From the NCBI GenBank assembly GCA_020184695.1, contig JAANOX010000238.1:372001-436000 (forward strand): 64,000 bases of DNA. Direction: 5' to 3'. Below are positions 11,837 to 22,912 of this stretch, piece after piece. Every line of letters starts with the position of its first letter. The first letter of the stretch is position 1. This DNA is from Histomonas meleagridis 2922-C6/04-290x (lineage: Eukaryota > Protista > Parabasalia). The translations under genes were made by a program, and so were the position numbers. Below the pieces are notes generated by a model that was given only the letters and a program-made list of their open reading frames with translations, was not told the DNA's origin and searched no databases.

Positions 11837-13225
11837 ATGCCATTACTTTTTAATACTTTTATAAGTCAAATTATATATTCATTATGTGTTATAAGAATTA
11901 ATGATTTTGATATTGAAATATATTTAAATTTAATTAAAGGAATTGAAGCTTTTGAAATACATACCAAAATTAAACCAGAAATTTTTAATGTGTTTTCACA
12001 ATTTCTTCATGAAAAAAATACACAAGAATCCCATTACTTTCTTGAATATATGTTTGAATATTATTTTCATAAAAATTACAAAGCACTACCAAAGAATAAT
12101 CCTGAACTTCATAAGCAATTAATTAGAGAAGGTCATAATCCAAAAGAAATTGCAAAAATAATTCGAAATGATGATATAGAAAAACTTCAAGAAATATCAT
12201 CACAATCAAATTTTGATTTTGATCAAACAATAGAACCATCATATTATGAAAGATGTTCATTTATTAATCAAAAGAATGTTACATTAATTGATTATGCAGC
12301 ATTTTTTTCTTCAGTTAAATGTTTTAAATATTTACTTATGAATAATGCAAATGTAAATGATACAGGTAAATATGCTGTTGCAGGTGGAAATGAAGAAATT
12401 ATTCATTTATGTGAGCAAAATCATTCATCATTTAAAGATGCATATGAAACAGCAATTATGTTTCATCGAAATGATATCTTGAAATATTTTTATGAAAATA
12501 AAATTGATAATAATTTAAAGGAATTAGGAATGAAATGAATTTGTTATAATAATTATGATATTTTTTCATTTTTGATTGAAAATAGACTTAAGTTTGGGGA
12601 TGTTATTTCTAAAATAGTACAAACTGAGAAATTATATTTTTTATATCTTTTTCACCCAAATCGCTTGCCTCATAATATTTTGTTTTTATGTATGAATGTC
12701 CGAAATATTGAGATAATAAAATATATTCTAAAGTATAATATTAATGTCAATTATAGAGAAATTTGTTTTTATAATTTCATATTTAAAAATAATACTTGGT
12801 AATTATTTAAATTATTTTTGACTGCACTTCTATTGGCTTCTTATAATGGTAATACAGATATGGTTAAATTACTTCTTGAACAAAAAGATATTGATATAAA
12901 TGCTAAAGATATTTATTAGTTCTATTAATTTGATGTTTCAAAATAATGTTTGGAAATTATTTATGTTATTTTGGACTGCACTTATGTGGGCATCTCATCA
13001 AGGTTTTACAAATATAGTTCAATTACTTCTTGCCCATAAAGGTATTAATGTATATGCGAGAGATGTTTATTTGTTTAATTCAAAAATTATTTTAATAATT
13101 TCGAATTTCAATACAATATTTGGAAATTATTTAAATTGTTTGTTTCAGCACTTATGATTGCACATAGAAATGATTATACAAAAATAATAGAATACTTAGA
13201 GGACTTCATTAGTAAAAGTCAATAA
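11837..13225 (+). CDS. DUF3447 + segmented ankyrin-repeat protein (one in-frame TGA, three spacers); possibly a pseudogene
   Basis: LIDYAAFFSSVKCFKYLL and YAVAGGNEEIIHLCEQ (DUF3447-type). TGA 12536-12538, then the same frame continues to 12760. Ankyrin cassettes 12821-12910, 12975-13064 and terminal 13145-13225 lie in shifting frames. Confidence 0.7.
12761..13144 (+). repeat. Three ankyrin-interrupting spacers (12761-12820, 60 nt; 12911-12974, 64 nt; 13065-13144, 80 nt)
   Basis: Same position (after E/D, before T/S-A-L) and same AATAATRYTTGG/AATATTTGG core as the 36.6-40.4 kb spacers. Confidence 0.85.
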
Positions 13226-13459
13226 ACGTTAAATTCAAAAATATTTATTTAATGTTTCAATGCTTATGGTTATATTTTATTAATATTATTAAAATCTCCC
13301 AAACATATATGTTTAAAAAAAAAATCAATTTTTCTCATAAAAAAACAGATATCATAAAATTAAACTACTTTTTTAGGATAGAAAATTCAATTAATCATCC
13401 GTTTTATTTCTGGAAATGATCATAATATATAATAATTATTCAACAATTCACATTACTAA

Positions 13460-15553
13460 ATGATTATATTGTATATATGTATATTTATTAACAATGTTGA
13501 AAGCATTGGAATTAATGAAAGAAAGTTTTTGTTTTATGTTAAAATTATCTGTCATTTCATCAATGAAAAATTAAAAATCTATGAAATTCTTTCCGCTGAA
13601 TCCATTAAAAAACTTGATTTCATTATCACAAAGATGAATCCTAATTATCCTACACATAAAATCAAAAGCTGTAAACCTCTTAAGAGTTTTGCAAAAAGAA
13701 CTCATTGTTATGTAACCAAAAGTTCAAATTCATTAATGTTTGGAGGATTTGATTATGAATATAAAAAAATTAAAGGAATTTCAGGTATTGAAGCATTTAA
13801 GAGAATTTACCCTGAATTAGAAATACTTCAAGAGATGGTATATGTAATTGATGAACTTTTCTGTTTCTTTAATTGCCATAACTTTTCTTCTAAATCATTA
13901 CTTAATGATTTAAATTCTAAAAAATTTGTTATTAAAGATTTGTTGATAAAAAATATGGGTATTGATTTAACATATATTCGAAGACCACTTAATGATTTAA
14001 TGAAACATTTTGGATGTATTTCTGATAAATTAACATGGGTATATTTAGGAGAAAAATATTTACATGATAAAGAAGTAATAATTGAACTTTATGAATGCAT
14101 AAAGAATATTTTTCAACCAACAAGTTTAGTAACACCTTTAAACGTTATACAACTTTTTATAGCTTCGCATAATTTTGTTGCAAAAATGTTTCATTTCATA
14201 AGTATTGATTTGATAGGAAATGTAACAAAAATGTTTTCTCAGCATATAACATTAGCAGAAGATATAAAATCTTATCCATTTGTAAAACGATTTGATCATT
14301 TACAAAATATTGTTAATTATCTTTTACAACTTCCACAAAATAAAAAGATTTATAAAAAAATTAATAAAATATCACCGAATTTCTTTATAAAAATGAATCA
14401 AATTTCAGTATTTTTAAATGACATTAAGGAGAAACCAATTAAACAATCAATTTTGCAAAACTTTAAAATTACTGAAAACAAATTAAATAATTTTCTTTAT
14501 ATTATTTCGAATATAACATCAAACAAAATAAAAATATATGAGTTATTTATAAATAAAAATTTAACAATTTTAGATATAATAAATGGAATTGCAAAGAATG
14601 ATATTTCTAAATGGAAGTTATATATAATGAAAACACAAAATTATATAAAAAATGTCATGCAAAAAACAGATGTAAAAATTAATTCAATTCACAAGAATTT
14701 TTTATTTGTTGTTGCTATTGATTTATTATATAAAGCTAAAATATTTGATGTACATAAAACATATATAATACAAAATCCAGAAATATATAAAATAGCAATT
14801 CAAGAAAAGTTAATTCCATCAATTGTTACATTTTTCAAATTGTTTAATTTAAATCAACAAGTAAATAAATTTTTCAATAATATATTAAAAGTTGATTCGA
14901 TATTTACATTAATTTTTAATAATAATTTATCTTTATCAAATTTGTTCCAATTGTTTCATTTAAATCTTGATGAAATCTTTAATATAGCTAAAAATTTGTT
15001 ACAAAAATTTCAGCTTAATAAGACATTAAAAGAAATAATTGATTCGATTCCAGTAGAATATTGTAATGTTACAGCAACTTTAAATAATTTTATAAATTTA
15101 AATGACTATACAGTAAAAGGTTTATATGATTGTGTGGTCGTAAATACATCAAATACATATTATTATGATTTATTAATGAAAGTTTGTAATGTTATAACAC
15201 TTTTTAATAATGGAAAAATAACTGAATATGAACCTTTGTTTAATTATAGTCATTTTAATATAATTTTAAATATTACATATAGAGATGTTGCTTTAAATAT
15301 TGTCGAATTTATTGGGTTTAACAAAATACATTGGAATAAAATATTTGAAAATGTTAATGATTTAACAAATTTGATATTAAATGATCAAAAAATAAATTGG
15401 AACGAAAACAGTACAGAATTTACTTTATATGTACCAAATTTGAAAAAAATTTTATTAACCAAAAATATAATTTTCGTTGGAAGTTTGTCATGTTTCATTG
15501 CTTTGGTTGTTGCTTTACAAAGCTTCAAAAAGAATTTTTTTTTCTTAAAATAA
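13460..15553 (+). CDS. Hypothetical protein with C-terminal hydrophobic anchor
   Basis: 697-aa ORF; ends IIFVGSLSCFIALVVALQSFKK; no family recognised; true start may be downstream. Confidence 0.6.
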   Translation: MIILYICIFINNVESIGINERKFLFYVKIICHFINEKLKIYEILSAESIKKLDFIITKMNPNYPTHKIKSCKPLKSFAKRTHCYVTKSSNSLMFGGFDYEYKKIKGISGIEAFKRIYPELEILQEMVYVIDELFCFFNCHNFSSKSLLNDLNSKKFVIKDLLIKNMGIDLTYIRRPLNDLMKHFGCISDKLTWVYLGEKYLHDKEVIIELYECIKNIFQPTSLVTPLNVIQLFIASHNFVAKMFHFISIDLIGNVTKMFSQHITLAEDIKSYPFVKRFDHLQNIVNYLLQLPQNKKIYKKINKISPNFFIKMNQISVFLNDIKEKPIKQSILQNFKITENKLNNFLYIISNITSNKIKIYELFINKNLTILDIINGIAKNDISKWKLYIMKTQNYIKNVMQKTDVKINSIHKNFLFVVAIDLLYKAKIFDVHKTYIIQNPEIYKIAIQEKLIPSIVTFFKLFNLNQQVNKFFNNILKVDSIFTLIFNNNLSLSNLFQLFHLNLDEIFNIAKNLLQKFQLNKTLKEIIDSIPVEYCNVTATLNNFINLNDYTVKGLYDCVVVNTSNTYYYDLLMKVCNVITLFNNGKITEYEPLFNYSHFNIILNITYRDVALNIVEFIGFNKIHWNKIFENVNDLTNLILNDQKINWNENSTEFTLYVPNLKKILLTKNIIFVGSLSCFIALVVALQSFKKNFFFLK

Positions 15554-15733
15554 AAGAAGCAATTTAATTACTTTTTTTTTGATAAATTTTATGATATCAA
15601 ACAATATTTTAAACTCCGATTTCTTAAATGTTCCAGAAATATTAATTTTAACAAACTTGAAAATGCATAATATTTTAGACAGATAATGATTCAACAAATA
15701 ATTAGAAATTTTTTTTACAACGAATAAATACAT

Positions 15734-18391
15734 TTATTTTTTCCTCATCTTTTTGGAATCAGGGTCTAGGCCTTTTAAATAATCGACTGCTTTTGAATTT
15801 TTAATATCTCTACAATAATGAAGCATTTCAAGTATTGTAACAGAATTTGCTTCTTTTATAATTTGTTTAATAATTTCCATTTTATCGAATTTTATTGCTA
15901 CATGTAATTTTTTGAATAAGAATTCTTCATTTGTCATTTCTAATATATTTTTACAATCATTAATTGCCCTTTCATCATTAGATAATACTACTTGTTCGAA
16001 TAATTCTAACGGAGTCATTAAATCATATTCATCTTTTATTTGAGTATTTCTAATTGTTGGTTCTTTTTCTTCATTTGATTTTTCTATATTTTCTTTGGCT
16101 TTATTTTCATTTTCTTCATTTTGTTTTTCTATAATTTCAACATTTTCTTCTTTTGTTTCATTGTTTTCAATGTTTTCATTGTTTTGTTTTTCTATAATTT
16201 CAATATTTTGTTCATTTGTTTCATTGTTTTCATTGTTTTGTTTATTAAATTTAAATTTTTCTTTAAATGTTTTCTCAATATCTTCTTTAATAACTTTAGC
16301 TTTTTTAATAATATTACTAAAGAATTTTGTTTCTTTTATTGATGTCTTTAATAAGGGAGAATCAATTCCTTGTTTCTTTCTTCTTAACCATTTTTTAATT
16401 TTTTCAGTTGCTAAATAAAGTTTAAAAGTATCTTGAACAATATTTTTATTATTTTTCTTTAACAATTTTTTAATATTTTTATCAATTATATTTTCTTCTA
16501 AAAAGCATTTTAATATTGGAATAGCATCATCATTTTCTATTAAATATTTCATTTTTTCTTTTACTTTTAATATATCTAACATTAGATTAAATGATATTTC
16601 ATTTTTAGATGTAATTTTTCTCAAACTCTTTTTATCATATTTATTTACTTCTTCAAATGTATATGCCATTAATGATGAATCTTCAGATAATATTGAATAT
16701 TCCAAACATTCGTTCCAATTTTTTTGGTTTAGTAAAATTGGTACACATCTTGATTTAGTAGAACATAAATCAAGTAATTTAAATGCTATTTCTTCTTTTT
16801 GTATTAAAAATGCAGTCATAGCTAAACCTATCAAGTCAATTTGCCCTTTCATTTCTAATAATTTCTCATTTATTTCTCTGGGCGATAATTTTGTTCTGAT
16901 TAAACAATTTGCCCAATGCGCAGAAATAAAACTTGTATCAATTCCCATGAAATTCGCAATTCGAAGTGCTTCGAAATGTAATGAACGATTACAAAGTCTT
17001 TTTAATAAATTCGGGATTGTTAATGCTTTTAATTCTGCATAAGTTATAAGAATATTAAATGGTTGATGATTCATTATTTCACATATGCGTAAAATTGAAA
17101 TTTGTTCTGCAAATTGATCAAAATTACGTAATTGAATAAGCTTTTCACTTTCTTCAGATCCATCATCTTTAGGTATGGGAATAATTAAATGTAATCTTGA
17201 TATAGCTAAAAGTAATGATTGCCTTTGTTTAAACTTAGTAAAGAATAAAGTAGCATCATTTAAACCAATTAAACCTTCTTCAATTTCATCAATTGAAAAA
17301 TCATTAAAAGGTTCATTTGTAGCTAAATAATCAATATTATTCATACATTTAAACAATTTTAATGCAATACATTCTTCATTCCATGAACCAAAATCAAAAG
17401 TTATACCAATAAAAGCTCTAAGTAAAAAAATACCTTCTTTTGTAAAAATACGTGCACCATCTATTTCGGTAATTATAGCAAAATCTGATTTCATTTCCCA
17501 ATAAAGTGCACGATCAGAATTACCTAACATCCAAATTTTATTATTTTTTATTAGTAGAACAGTATCATTACCACACCAAATTATCTTTTTTGGGATAACT
17601 TCATCAAAATGAATATGAATTTTTACATCATTTAGATTTTTTCCCAAAAAGAAATAATTTGTATCTGATCTAATTAAAGCAAATTCAAGTGAAGGAGAAA
17701 ATAGTATTTCATCAACAGGATATTGAAAGAACTCAGTTTCAAATGATTTTTCTTGAACTAAAATAATCTCTCCTTCAAACCCCCAGCCCCACAACATTGG
17801 ATCACAATTAGTTTTAACATCTGAAGGAACAGCAACACAACCAATTATACGTTTTTTACATTCGCAATATTTTCTAAAATTTAACAACGAAAAGTTATCA
17901 CAGACATATACCCAATTATTATTTAAAACAAGAAATAAACCATTTTCCCAAAATGAATATGAAACTATTTTATATGTAAAATCATTTTCTTCAACATTAA
18001 ATTCAAAATCACTTAACAAATTACCTCTTAAATTAAATGTTTGTATTTCTGCATTAAAAAATATTATAATAATACATTCTTCAGATGTAATATATAGCCC
18101 TTGAATGTTTTCTGCTGTATAAAGTGGGATTTTGTTGATTAAAGAACATTTTCCATCATAAACTGATAAGTATTTATATCCACCTTCCGGATTTTTATCA
18201 CAATTATGTGCAATTACCATTGAACCACCACTACTTGCAATTGCCCATTTATCATGCTGAAAATTAATTTTTTCCATGAATTCATTCATATTAACATCTT
18301 CAATGTCAAGTTCTTCAATAGAAAATGTTGTCTCTTCCATTGATTTTGCGTTTTTCATAGAGCTTGTAAATAGATCCTTATATTCCATCAA
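15734..18391 (-). CDS. VPS16: Vps16-like HOPS/CORVET subunit
   Basis: IASSGGSMVIA, WCGNDTV and LRICEIMN...ITYAELKAL...LLKRLCNR..HFEALRIANFM..HWA match Vps16 N- and C-domain motifs. Confidence 0.85.
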   Translation of the reverse strand: MMEYKDLFTSSMKNAKSMEETTFSIEELDIEDVNMNEFMEKINFQHDKWAIASSGGSMVIAHNCDKNPEGGYKYLSVYDGKCSLINKIPLYTAENIQGLYITSEECIIIIFFNAEIQTFNLRGNLLSDFEFNVEENDFTYKIVSYSFWENGLFLVLNNNWVYVCDNFSLLNFRKYCECKKRIIGCVAVPSDVKTNCDPMLWGWGFEGEIILVQEKSFETEFFQYPVDEILFSPSLEFALIRSDTNYFFLGKNLNDVKIHIHFDEVIPKKIIWCGNDTVLLIKNNKIWMLGNSDRALYWEMKSDFAIITEIDGARIFTKEGIFLLRAFIGITFDFGSWNEECIALKLFKCMNNIDYLATNEPFNDFSIDEIEEGLIGLNDATLFFTKFKQRQSLLLAISRLHLIIPIPKDDGSEESEKLIQLRNFDQFAEQISILRICEIMNHQPFNILITYAELKALTIPNLLKRLCNRSLHFEALRIANFMGIDTSFISAHWANCLIRTKLSPREINEKLLEMKGQIDLIGLAMTAFLIQKEEIAFKLLDLCSTKSRCVPILLNQKNWNECLEYSILSEDSSLMAYTFEEVNKYDKKSLRKITSKNEISFNLMLDILKVKEKMKYLIENDDAIPILKCFLEENIIDKNIKKLLKKNNKNIVQDTFKLYLATEKIKKWLRRKKQGIDSPLLKTSIKETKFFSNIIKKAKVIKEDIEKTFKEKFKFNKQNNENNETNEQNIEIIEKQNNENIENNETKEENVEIIEKQNEENENKAKENIEKSNEEKEPTIRNTQIKDEYDLMTPLELFEQVVLSNDERAINDCKNILEMTNEEFLFKKLHVAIKFDKMEIIKQIIKEANSVTILEMLHYCRDIKNSKAVDYLKGLDPDSKKMRKK
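16105..16242 (-). repeat. Imperfect 63-bp tandem repeat encoding an N/E/K-rich insert in Vps16
   Basis: TTTTGTTTTTCTATAATTTCAA recurs 63 bp apart; protein NIEIIEKQN / NVEIIEKQN. Confidence 0.75.
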
Positions 18392-18743
18392 ATATAAAAA
18401 CCATTTTATGTTTTATGGAAGTTAAAATTTGAATAAAAAATTTGTTTTGCAAACCATTGAGAATTTTTCATTTGATTTCGAAGAAAGATTTTTTCGAAAA
18501 AAAATTATTGTTATGATAAGAAATAAAAATTTTAGCTAAATATATATAATTCACTTTAAAATAAATAATAAAAAAGTAAGTTATATGATGGTTAAATGAA
18601 AATCAAATAAAATCATTGTTTTCCAAATTGATATAACAAAACCTACGTAGGCTTATGAATCAAATTATGTATATTTTGTTTAAATCTAAAAAGGAAATAA
18701 ACAATAGAAACTCTAAATTGTTTTGGTGTTGTACGTTAAAAAC

Positions 18744-18751
18744 GACCGTTA
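18744..18751 (+). promoter_or_regulatory. M3-like (Myb-type) core promoter element
   Basis: GACCGTTA fits DRCSGTTD, 22 nt before ATG 18774. Confidence 0.55.
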
Positions 18752-18773
18752 AATATAAAAAGTGACAACCTTC

Positions 18774-20222
18774 ATGTCTGAGTCGAGTACAGAAGAACAA
18801 AAACCCAATATATTTGCACAGTTCACTCGAGAAAAGCTTGAAGAACAAATAATTAAAGTTATTAAGCAGGTTAAATTTTTAAAAAATCAAAATTCAGAAT
18901 TAGAAAATCAATTATCTGAACAAATCAAAATCAACAAAGCACTTGAAGCAGAAGCGCAAAAATCTAAATCTTCTTTTGGTCTAGGGAATTTTGGAAAGAA
19001 AATAACACAAATGTTTGAACAAAAAACAATTGAGCTCACATTTTTTTCTAATCCCGATCTAATATCAATAACTCCTGACGAAACTGACGACGAATCACCA
19101 GAACTTCATATTTTAAAAATTGAAAATCAATCTCTTAAAAATACTCTTCACGAACTTCAACAAAGTGAAGCAGCCTTACGTGATACCCTTGCCAATTTTC
19201 AATCTAAAGCAGAGATCCGTGAATCGGAATATGAAAAACTTCAATTATCCTATGATCAAATCCTCACACAAAACCGAGCTCTCACTGAATCAAACACTGT
19301 TTCAGAGCAAAAACTTTCAGCCCTTAATCATACAATCGAGAAACTTCAAAGCGAACTTGAGAAAACTCAGAAACTTGAATCTGTCAATTCTGATTTACAA
19401 CAACTTATTACTAAACACGGTGAAGTTCTTGAGCAGTATGAAACTCTTAAGAGCGAAACCATACAACACCGCGTTAAAGCGCAAGAATACGATCGACAGA
19501 TCGAACAACTTCGCGAATCATTAAAGAAGTCGATGCACTTATCGCAATCCAAAGACGAAACCATATTAATATTAAAGCAAAAGAATTCGGACATTGAATC
19601 TGAGCTAAAAGAACTCCAACAACAAAACGAAGGGCAGAACAAACTCATTTTGCATAAAGAGGACGAAATCAAAGAACTCAACTCGAAAATCAACGAAATA
19701 CAAAATCGACTTGAATCAGGAAAAGGCTCAATAGAGAACGAGAAGAAAGTTATCAAGATGCAACAAATGATTGAGAAGTCGAACATGTTATATGTTGAGA
19801 TGCAAGAAAAAGCGAAAAGATTCGAAGAGCGATCGAAGCAATTGGAGTTACAAATACATAAAATGAAAACAAGAGGCGAACCTGAATTAATGTTTTTAGT
19901 TAATGATGAAAAAAGTTTTGTTTTATGTAACGATGGAAAATATTTCGAAGGTGTGTGTAATGATGTGCCAAAATATTTGTGTTGTTTAAATGTGGAGAAA
20001 AAAGATATCGAAACTCAGTTTAATAATGTTGAGGAAAATGTAGGAAATGAAAACTTGGAATACGTGAAATGTTTGTTTTTGCAGTTCTTAAAGGCTGATG
20101 AGCATACTAAAAAGTTGTTGATACCTGTGATTTTAAGCGCTTTAAAATGTAGCGACCCGGAGATAAAATTGGTGATGGAAATTAGCTCAACAAGAAAATT
20201 CTTTCCTTTCTTAAAAAAGTGA
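18774..20222 (+). CDS. Coiled-coil golgin with C-terminal GRIP domain
   Basis: Long heptad-rich coil; NLEYVKCLFLQFL...LLIPVILSALKCSDPE is GRIP-like; first ATG is 18774. Confidence 0.8.
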   Translation: MSESSTEEQKPNIFAQFTREKLEEQIIKVIKQVKFLKNQNSELENQLSEQIKINKALEAEAQKSKSSFGLGNFGKKITQMFEQKTIELTFFSNPDLISITPDETDDESPELHILKIENQSLKNTLHELQQSEAALRDTLANFQSKAEIRESEYEKLQLSYDQILTQNRALTESNTVSEQKLSALNHTIEKLQSELEKTQKLESVNSDLQQLITKHGEVLEQYETLKSETIQHRVKAQEYDRQIEQLRESLKKSMHLSQSKDETILILKQKNSDIESELKELQQQNEGQNKLILHKEDEIKELNSKINEIQNRLESGKGSIENEKKVIKMQQMIEKSNMLYVEMQEKAKRFEERSKQLELQIHKMKTRGEPELMFLVNDEKSFVLCNDGKYFEGVCNDVPKYLCCLNVEKKDIETQFNNVEENVGNENLEYVKCLFLQFLKADEHTKKLLIPVILSALKCSDPEIKLVMEISSTRKFFPFLKK

Positions 20223-20370
20223 TTGTTTGAATAAAACGTTATATAAAAAAGGCTTTTATAGTTATGCAATTATTCCATATAAATGATCGAAGTTGTGTAA
20301 AATGTGTTTTAGATCGAATAAAGATTCTTAGCTTATGTCAAGAAGTTAATTGTTTTTGCATGTAACTTTT

Positions 20371-20730
20371 TTAATCTCTTATTGAAAATAATGAAAAAGA
20401 TTCTGGATGAGAATTTTCATCTGTACTTTTTTCACAAAGTAAATTTACAATTCCTGTGTAACCTTTTTGTTGTGCAATTTGAAGAGCTGTCAAATATTAT
20501 TAATACATATTAAAAATTATTAAAACATATATAAAATTATTCAAATGAATATATTTTGCATTAACATCAATTCCTTTATCTAAAAGTAATTTTACTATTT
20601 CTATATTATTATTTTTAACTTCTATATGAAGTGCTGTTTCAAATTATTATAACATATTTCAAATTATTAAAACATATATAAAATTATTAAAACATATTTC
20701 AAATTATTATAACATATTACAAATTATTAA
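20371..20730 (-). pseudogene. 5'-truncated segmented ankyrin gene fragment
   Basis: Cassette 20637-20551 TALHIEVKNNNIEIVKLLLDKGIDVNAKY, 60-nt spacer, terminal cassette 20490-20371 TALQIAQQKGYTGIVNLL...*; paralogous to the 61 kb locus. Confidence 0.85.
20491..20730 (-). repeat. 20-bp minisatellite spacers (20491-20550 = 3 units; 20638-20730 = about 4.6 units, truncated)
   Basis: Minus-strand units ATATGTTTTAATAATTTGAA-like. Confidence 0.9.
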
Positions 20731-21138
20731 GTGAACGACGGTTTTTTCAATGAACGATAATATGTAAACTATATAAAAAGCCAACACTTTTTGGTAAACA
20801 TACCGCCGATGAATAAAAGTGCTTTTTGACTTTTTTATATTTTAACATGCTTGTAAAAGTTCCGTTTTAAATAATTAATATAAATTTGGGAACAATTTTA
20901 TGATATAATTTAAAAGATCGTATTCTAAAAAACCTACTGTGGATTTATTTACTTTGTTAAATAACAAAAAGTAAATATTGTATTGATCAATAATCTAAAA
21001 TAGAATGTTATTATTTAATAGTATTTGATTTAATTTGACGATTTTTAATTTTTTTGACATTTTCCTTCATGATATATTACAAAAATATTTTAGAAAATAA
21101 AAAATTAATAAAATTCAATAACAAAACAAAGTTTTATA

Positions 21139-22890
21139 TTAGTTTACATCAACTTCTTTCATTGCAAGAAGTGTAAGCTGATCAACGAAAACAAGTAAAA
21201 TATCATTTGGAACTTGACAAACAAAAGAATCGAACGAATCCATCACAATTTCTATTTCGGCATTCTTTGCTGCCTGGATGAAGTAAGAACCAAATCTTGA
21301 AGCCTCAACTTCACCGAATTCTAATCCTGTTGAAACTGCTACAATTGTCCATTTTTGTGATTCTTGATCAAATGCAGCCACAACAATTGGCACTACTGCA
21401 TCTTCTTCCTCACGGAAAGCTTGAATTAAAAACTGTCCAAGCTCAGTGAGTATTGATGGCTCTAAAGGAAAACCTCTTTCGGCGGCATTATGGATGTAGG
21501 TGATCCTAAACGGTCCCACATTCAAAATAACCGTCGATTTTCTGTTCATGAGTTCCATCCCAAGCGAAACGATGGATTTGAACCGAACCTTCGCCTCTTC
21601 AACTCCTTCTGTTATGAGCTGTGGGTTATTTAGGTTCTTTAAGACAGAGAGTGCCTTTGTAAAAGATTCGCCTGCTTTATTTTCTTTTGTGACAAGTTTC
21701 GCTCTGATTCCATAAACAACATCACTAGCTGCTAGTGGCGCTAGAAATCCAGTCTTCATTACAAATGAAGGGAAAGCAATTCCAGTAAGTCCAAACCGAT
21801 CACACCATTGATCAAATCTTGATATTAAAGAATCTCTAATATCCGCACTCATTGATATATATGATGTATTAGCATCCCTTAAAGGAACTCCCATTTTTGC
21901 AAAAAAAAGTTGAAGCCTTTCTTTTCCTGAATGATACCATAATTTTAATCTTGATACTACAAATGGTGATGCAGACATTGATTCAGATAAAGTCCAATGC
22001 CTCATTAAATTACATCGTAGATCAATACATGGTTGAATATAATTTTGTGCAGAAATGGGGACCGTTACGGAGTTAACGGGCGAAACAACTTCGCTATCGT
22101 TTTCGTCTGAAAGTACAGTAAACAATTCAATTCCGCCGGTTAGTCTTGATGCTTCGTTTTGTAGTGCATTAAACAAAGTTTCATATCGCTCATTACTTAT
22201 ATGTTCGAGAAGAAAATGTTCAGTAAGCCCAAGAATGGCATACCAAAGAATTGTGAGGGAAGTAAGATTGAGAGCAGATGCAAGCATGTAAAATTGAATG
22301 CTGGCAGGATCGGAAAATCGCTCGTTTTGGAGATAACTGATCGATTCAGGAGAATTTGGATCGATGATCTTTTTAATTATTTGCGTACTTGATGATCTTG
22401 TTTTTCTTTTTCCTTGAATAATAATGGAATTGTCTTCATCAAGAGTGGAATCAGGAAGGCCACAAACTTCATCGAAAATTGAAAGAGAATCATCAAATAC
22501 TTTTATCTGTTCGAGTCTATTATCAAGATTCTCAAAATTTACTGGTCTATGTGAATCAACAACATAAATGGTGGAACTATTAAGGGCATTCTGAAACTTG
22601 CGGAACAAACTGATTGAAGCACCACAATTGATCAAAATTATTGAAGGTGGTAATGTTTCATCTTCAACTCCTTTTTCAATTGATCTTGTGAGATCACTGT
22701 AACCTGTTATGATTGTAAAATGATTTAAAATATGGTTTTTTTGGAGAATTTCGTCAAGTATGCAACAAGCTGCAATTGAGTCAACTGTTAATGGAACGAA
22801 TGTAAGAACTGATACCCTTTGATCATTTGTCATGGAAGCCTCAACAATTTGCCGATATGCTTCATCAAGGTCTGCAACCAGAATCAGCAT
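21139..22890 (-). CDS. CDC45: DNA replication initiation factor CDC45
   Basis: TVDSIAACCIL, LINCGA, VVDSHRPVN, LRCNLMRHWTL, SRLKLW, FFAKMGVPL, ASDVVY, FGSYF. Confidence 0.95.
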   Translation of the reverse strand: MLILVADLDEAYRQIVEASMTNDQRVSVLTFVPLTVDSIAACCILDEILQKNHILNHFTIITGYSDLTRSIEKGVEDETLPPSIILINCGASISLFRKFQNALNSSTIYVVDSHRPVNFENLDNRLEQIKVFDDSLSIFDEVCGLPDSTLDEDNSIIIQGKRKTRSSSTQIIKKIIDPNSPESISYLQNERFSDPASIQFYMLASALNLTSLTILWYAILGLTEHFLLEHISNERYETLFNALQNEASRLTGGIELFTVLSDENDSEVVSPVNSVTVPISAQNYIQPCIDLRCNLMRHWTLSESMSASPFVVSRLKLWYHSGKERLQLFFAKMGVPLRDANTSYISMSADIRDSLISRFDQWCDRFGLTGIAFPSFVMKTGFLAPLAASDVVYGIRAKLVTKENKAGESFTKALSVLKNLNNPQLITEGVEEAKVRFKSIVSLGMELMNRKSTVILNVGPFRITYIHNAAERGFPLEPSILTELGQFLIQAFREEEDAVVPIVVAAFDQESQKWTIVAVSTGLEFGEVEASRFGSYFIQAAKNAEIEIVMDSFDSFVCQVPNDILLVFVDQLTLLAMKEVDVN

Positions 22891-22904
22891 TCAAGTCTTG
22901 CACT

Positions 22905-22912
22905 AAACCGTT
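22905..22912 (-). promoter_or_regulatory. M3-like element upstream of CDC45
   Basis: AACGGTTT on minus strand, 14 nt before the ATG. Confidence 0.55.

Noticed and set aside
16095-16418. Antisense/overlapping ORFs (e.g. 16095, 16121, 19120, 19367, 21500, 22055, 31689, 32062, 43090, 43133, 50574)
   Set aside because: Shadows of real genes or of their low-complexity repeats.
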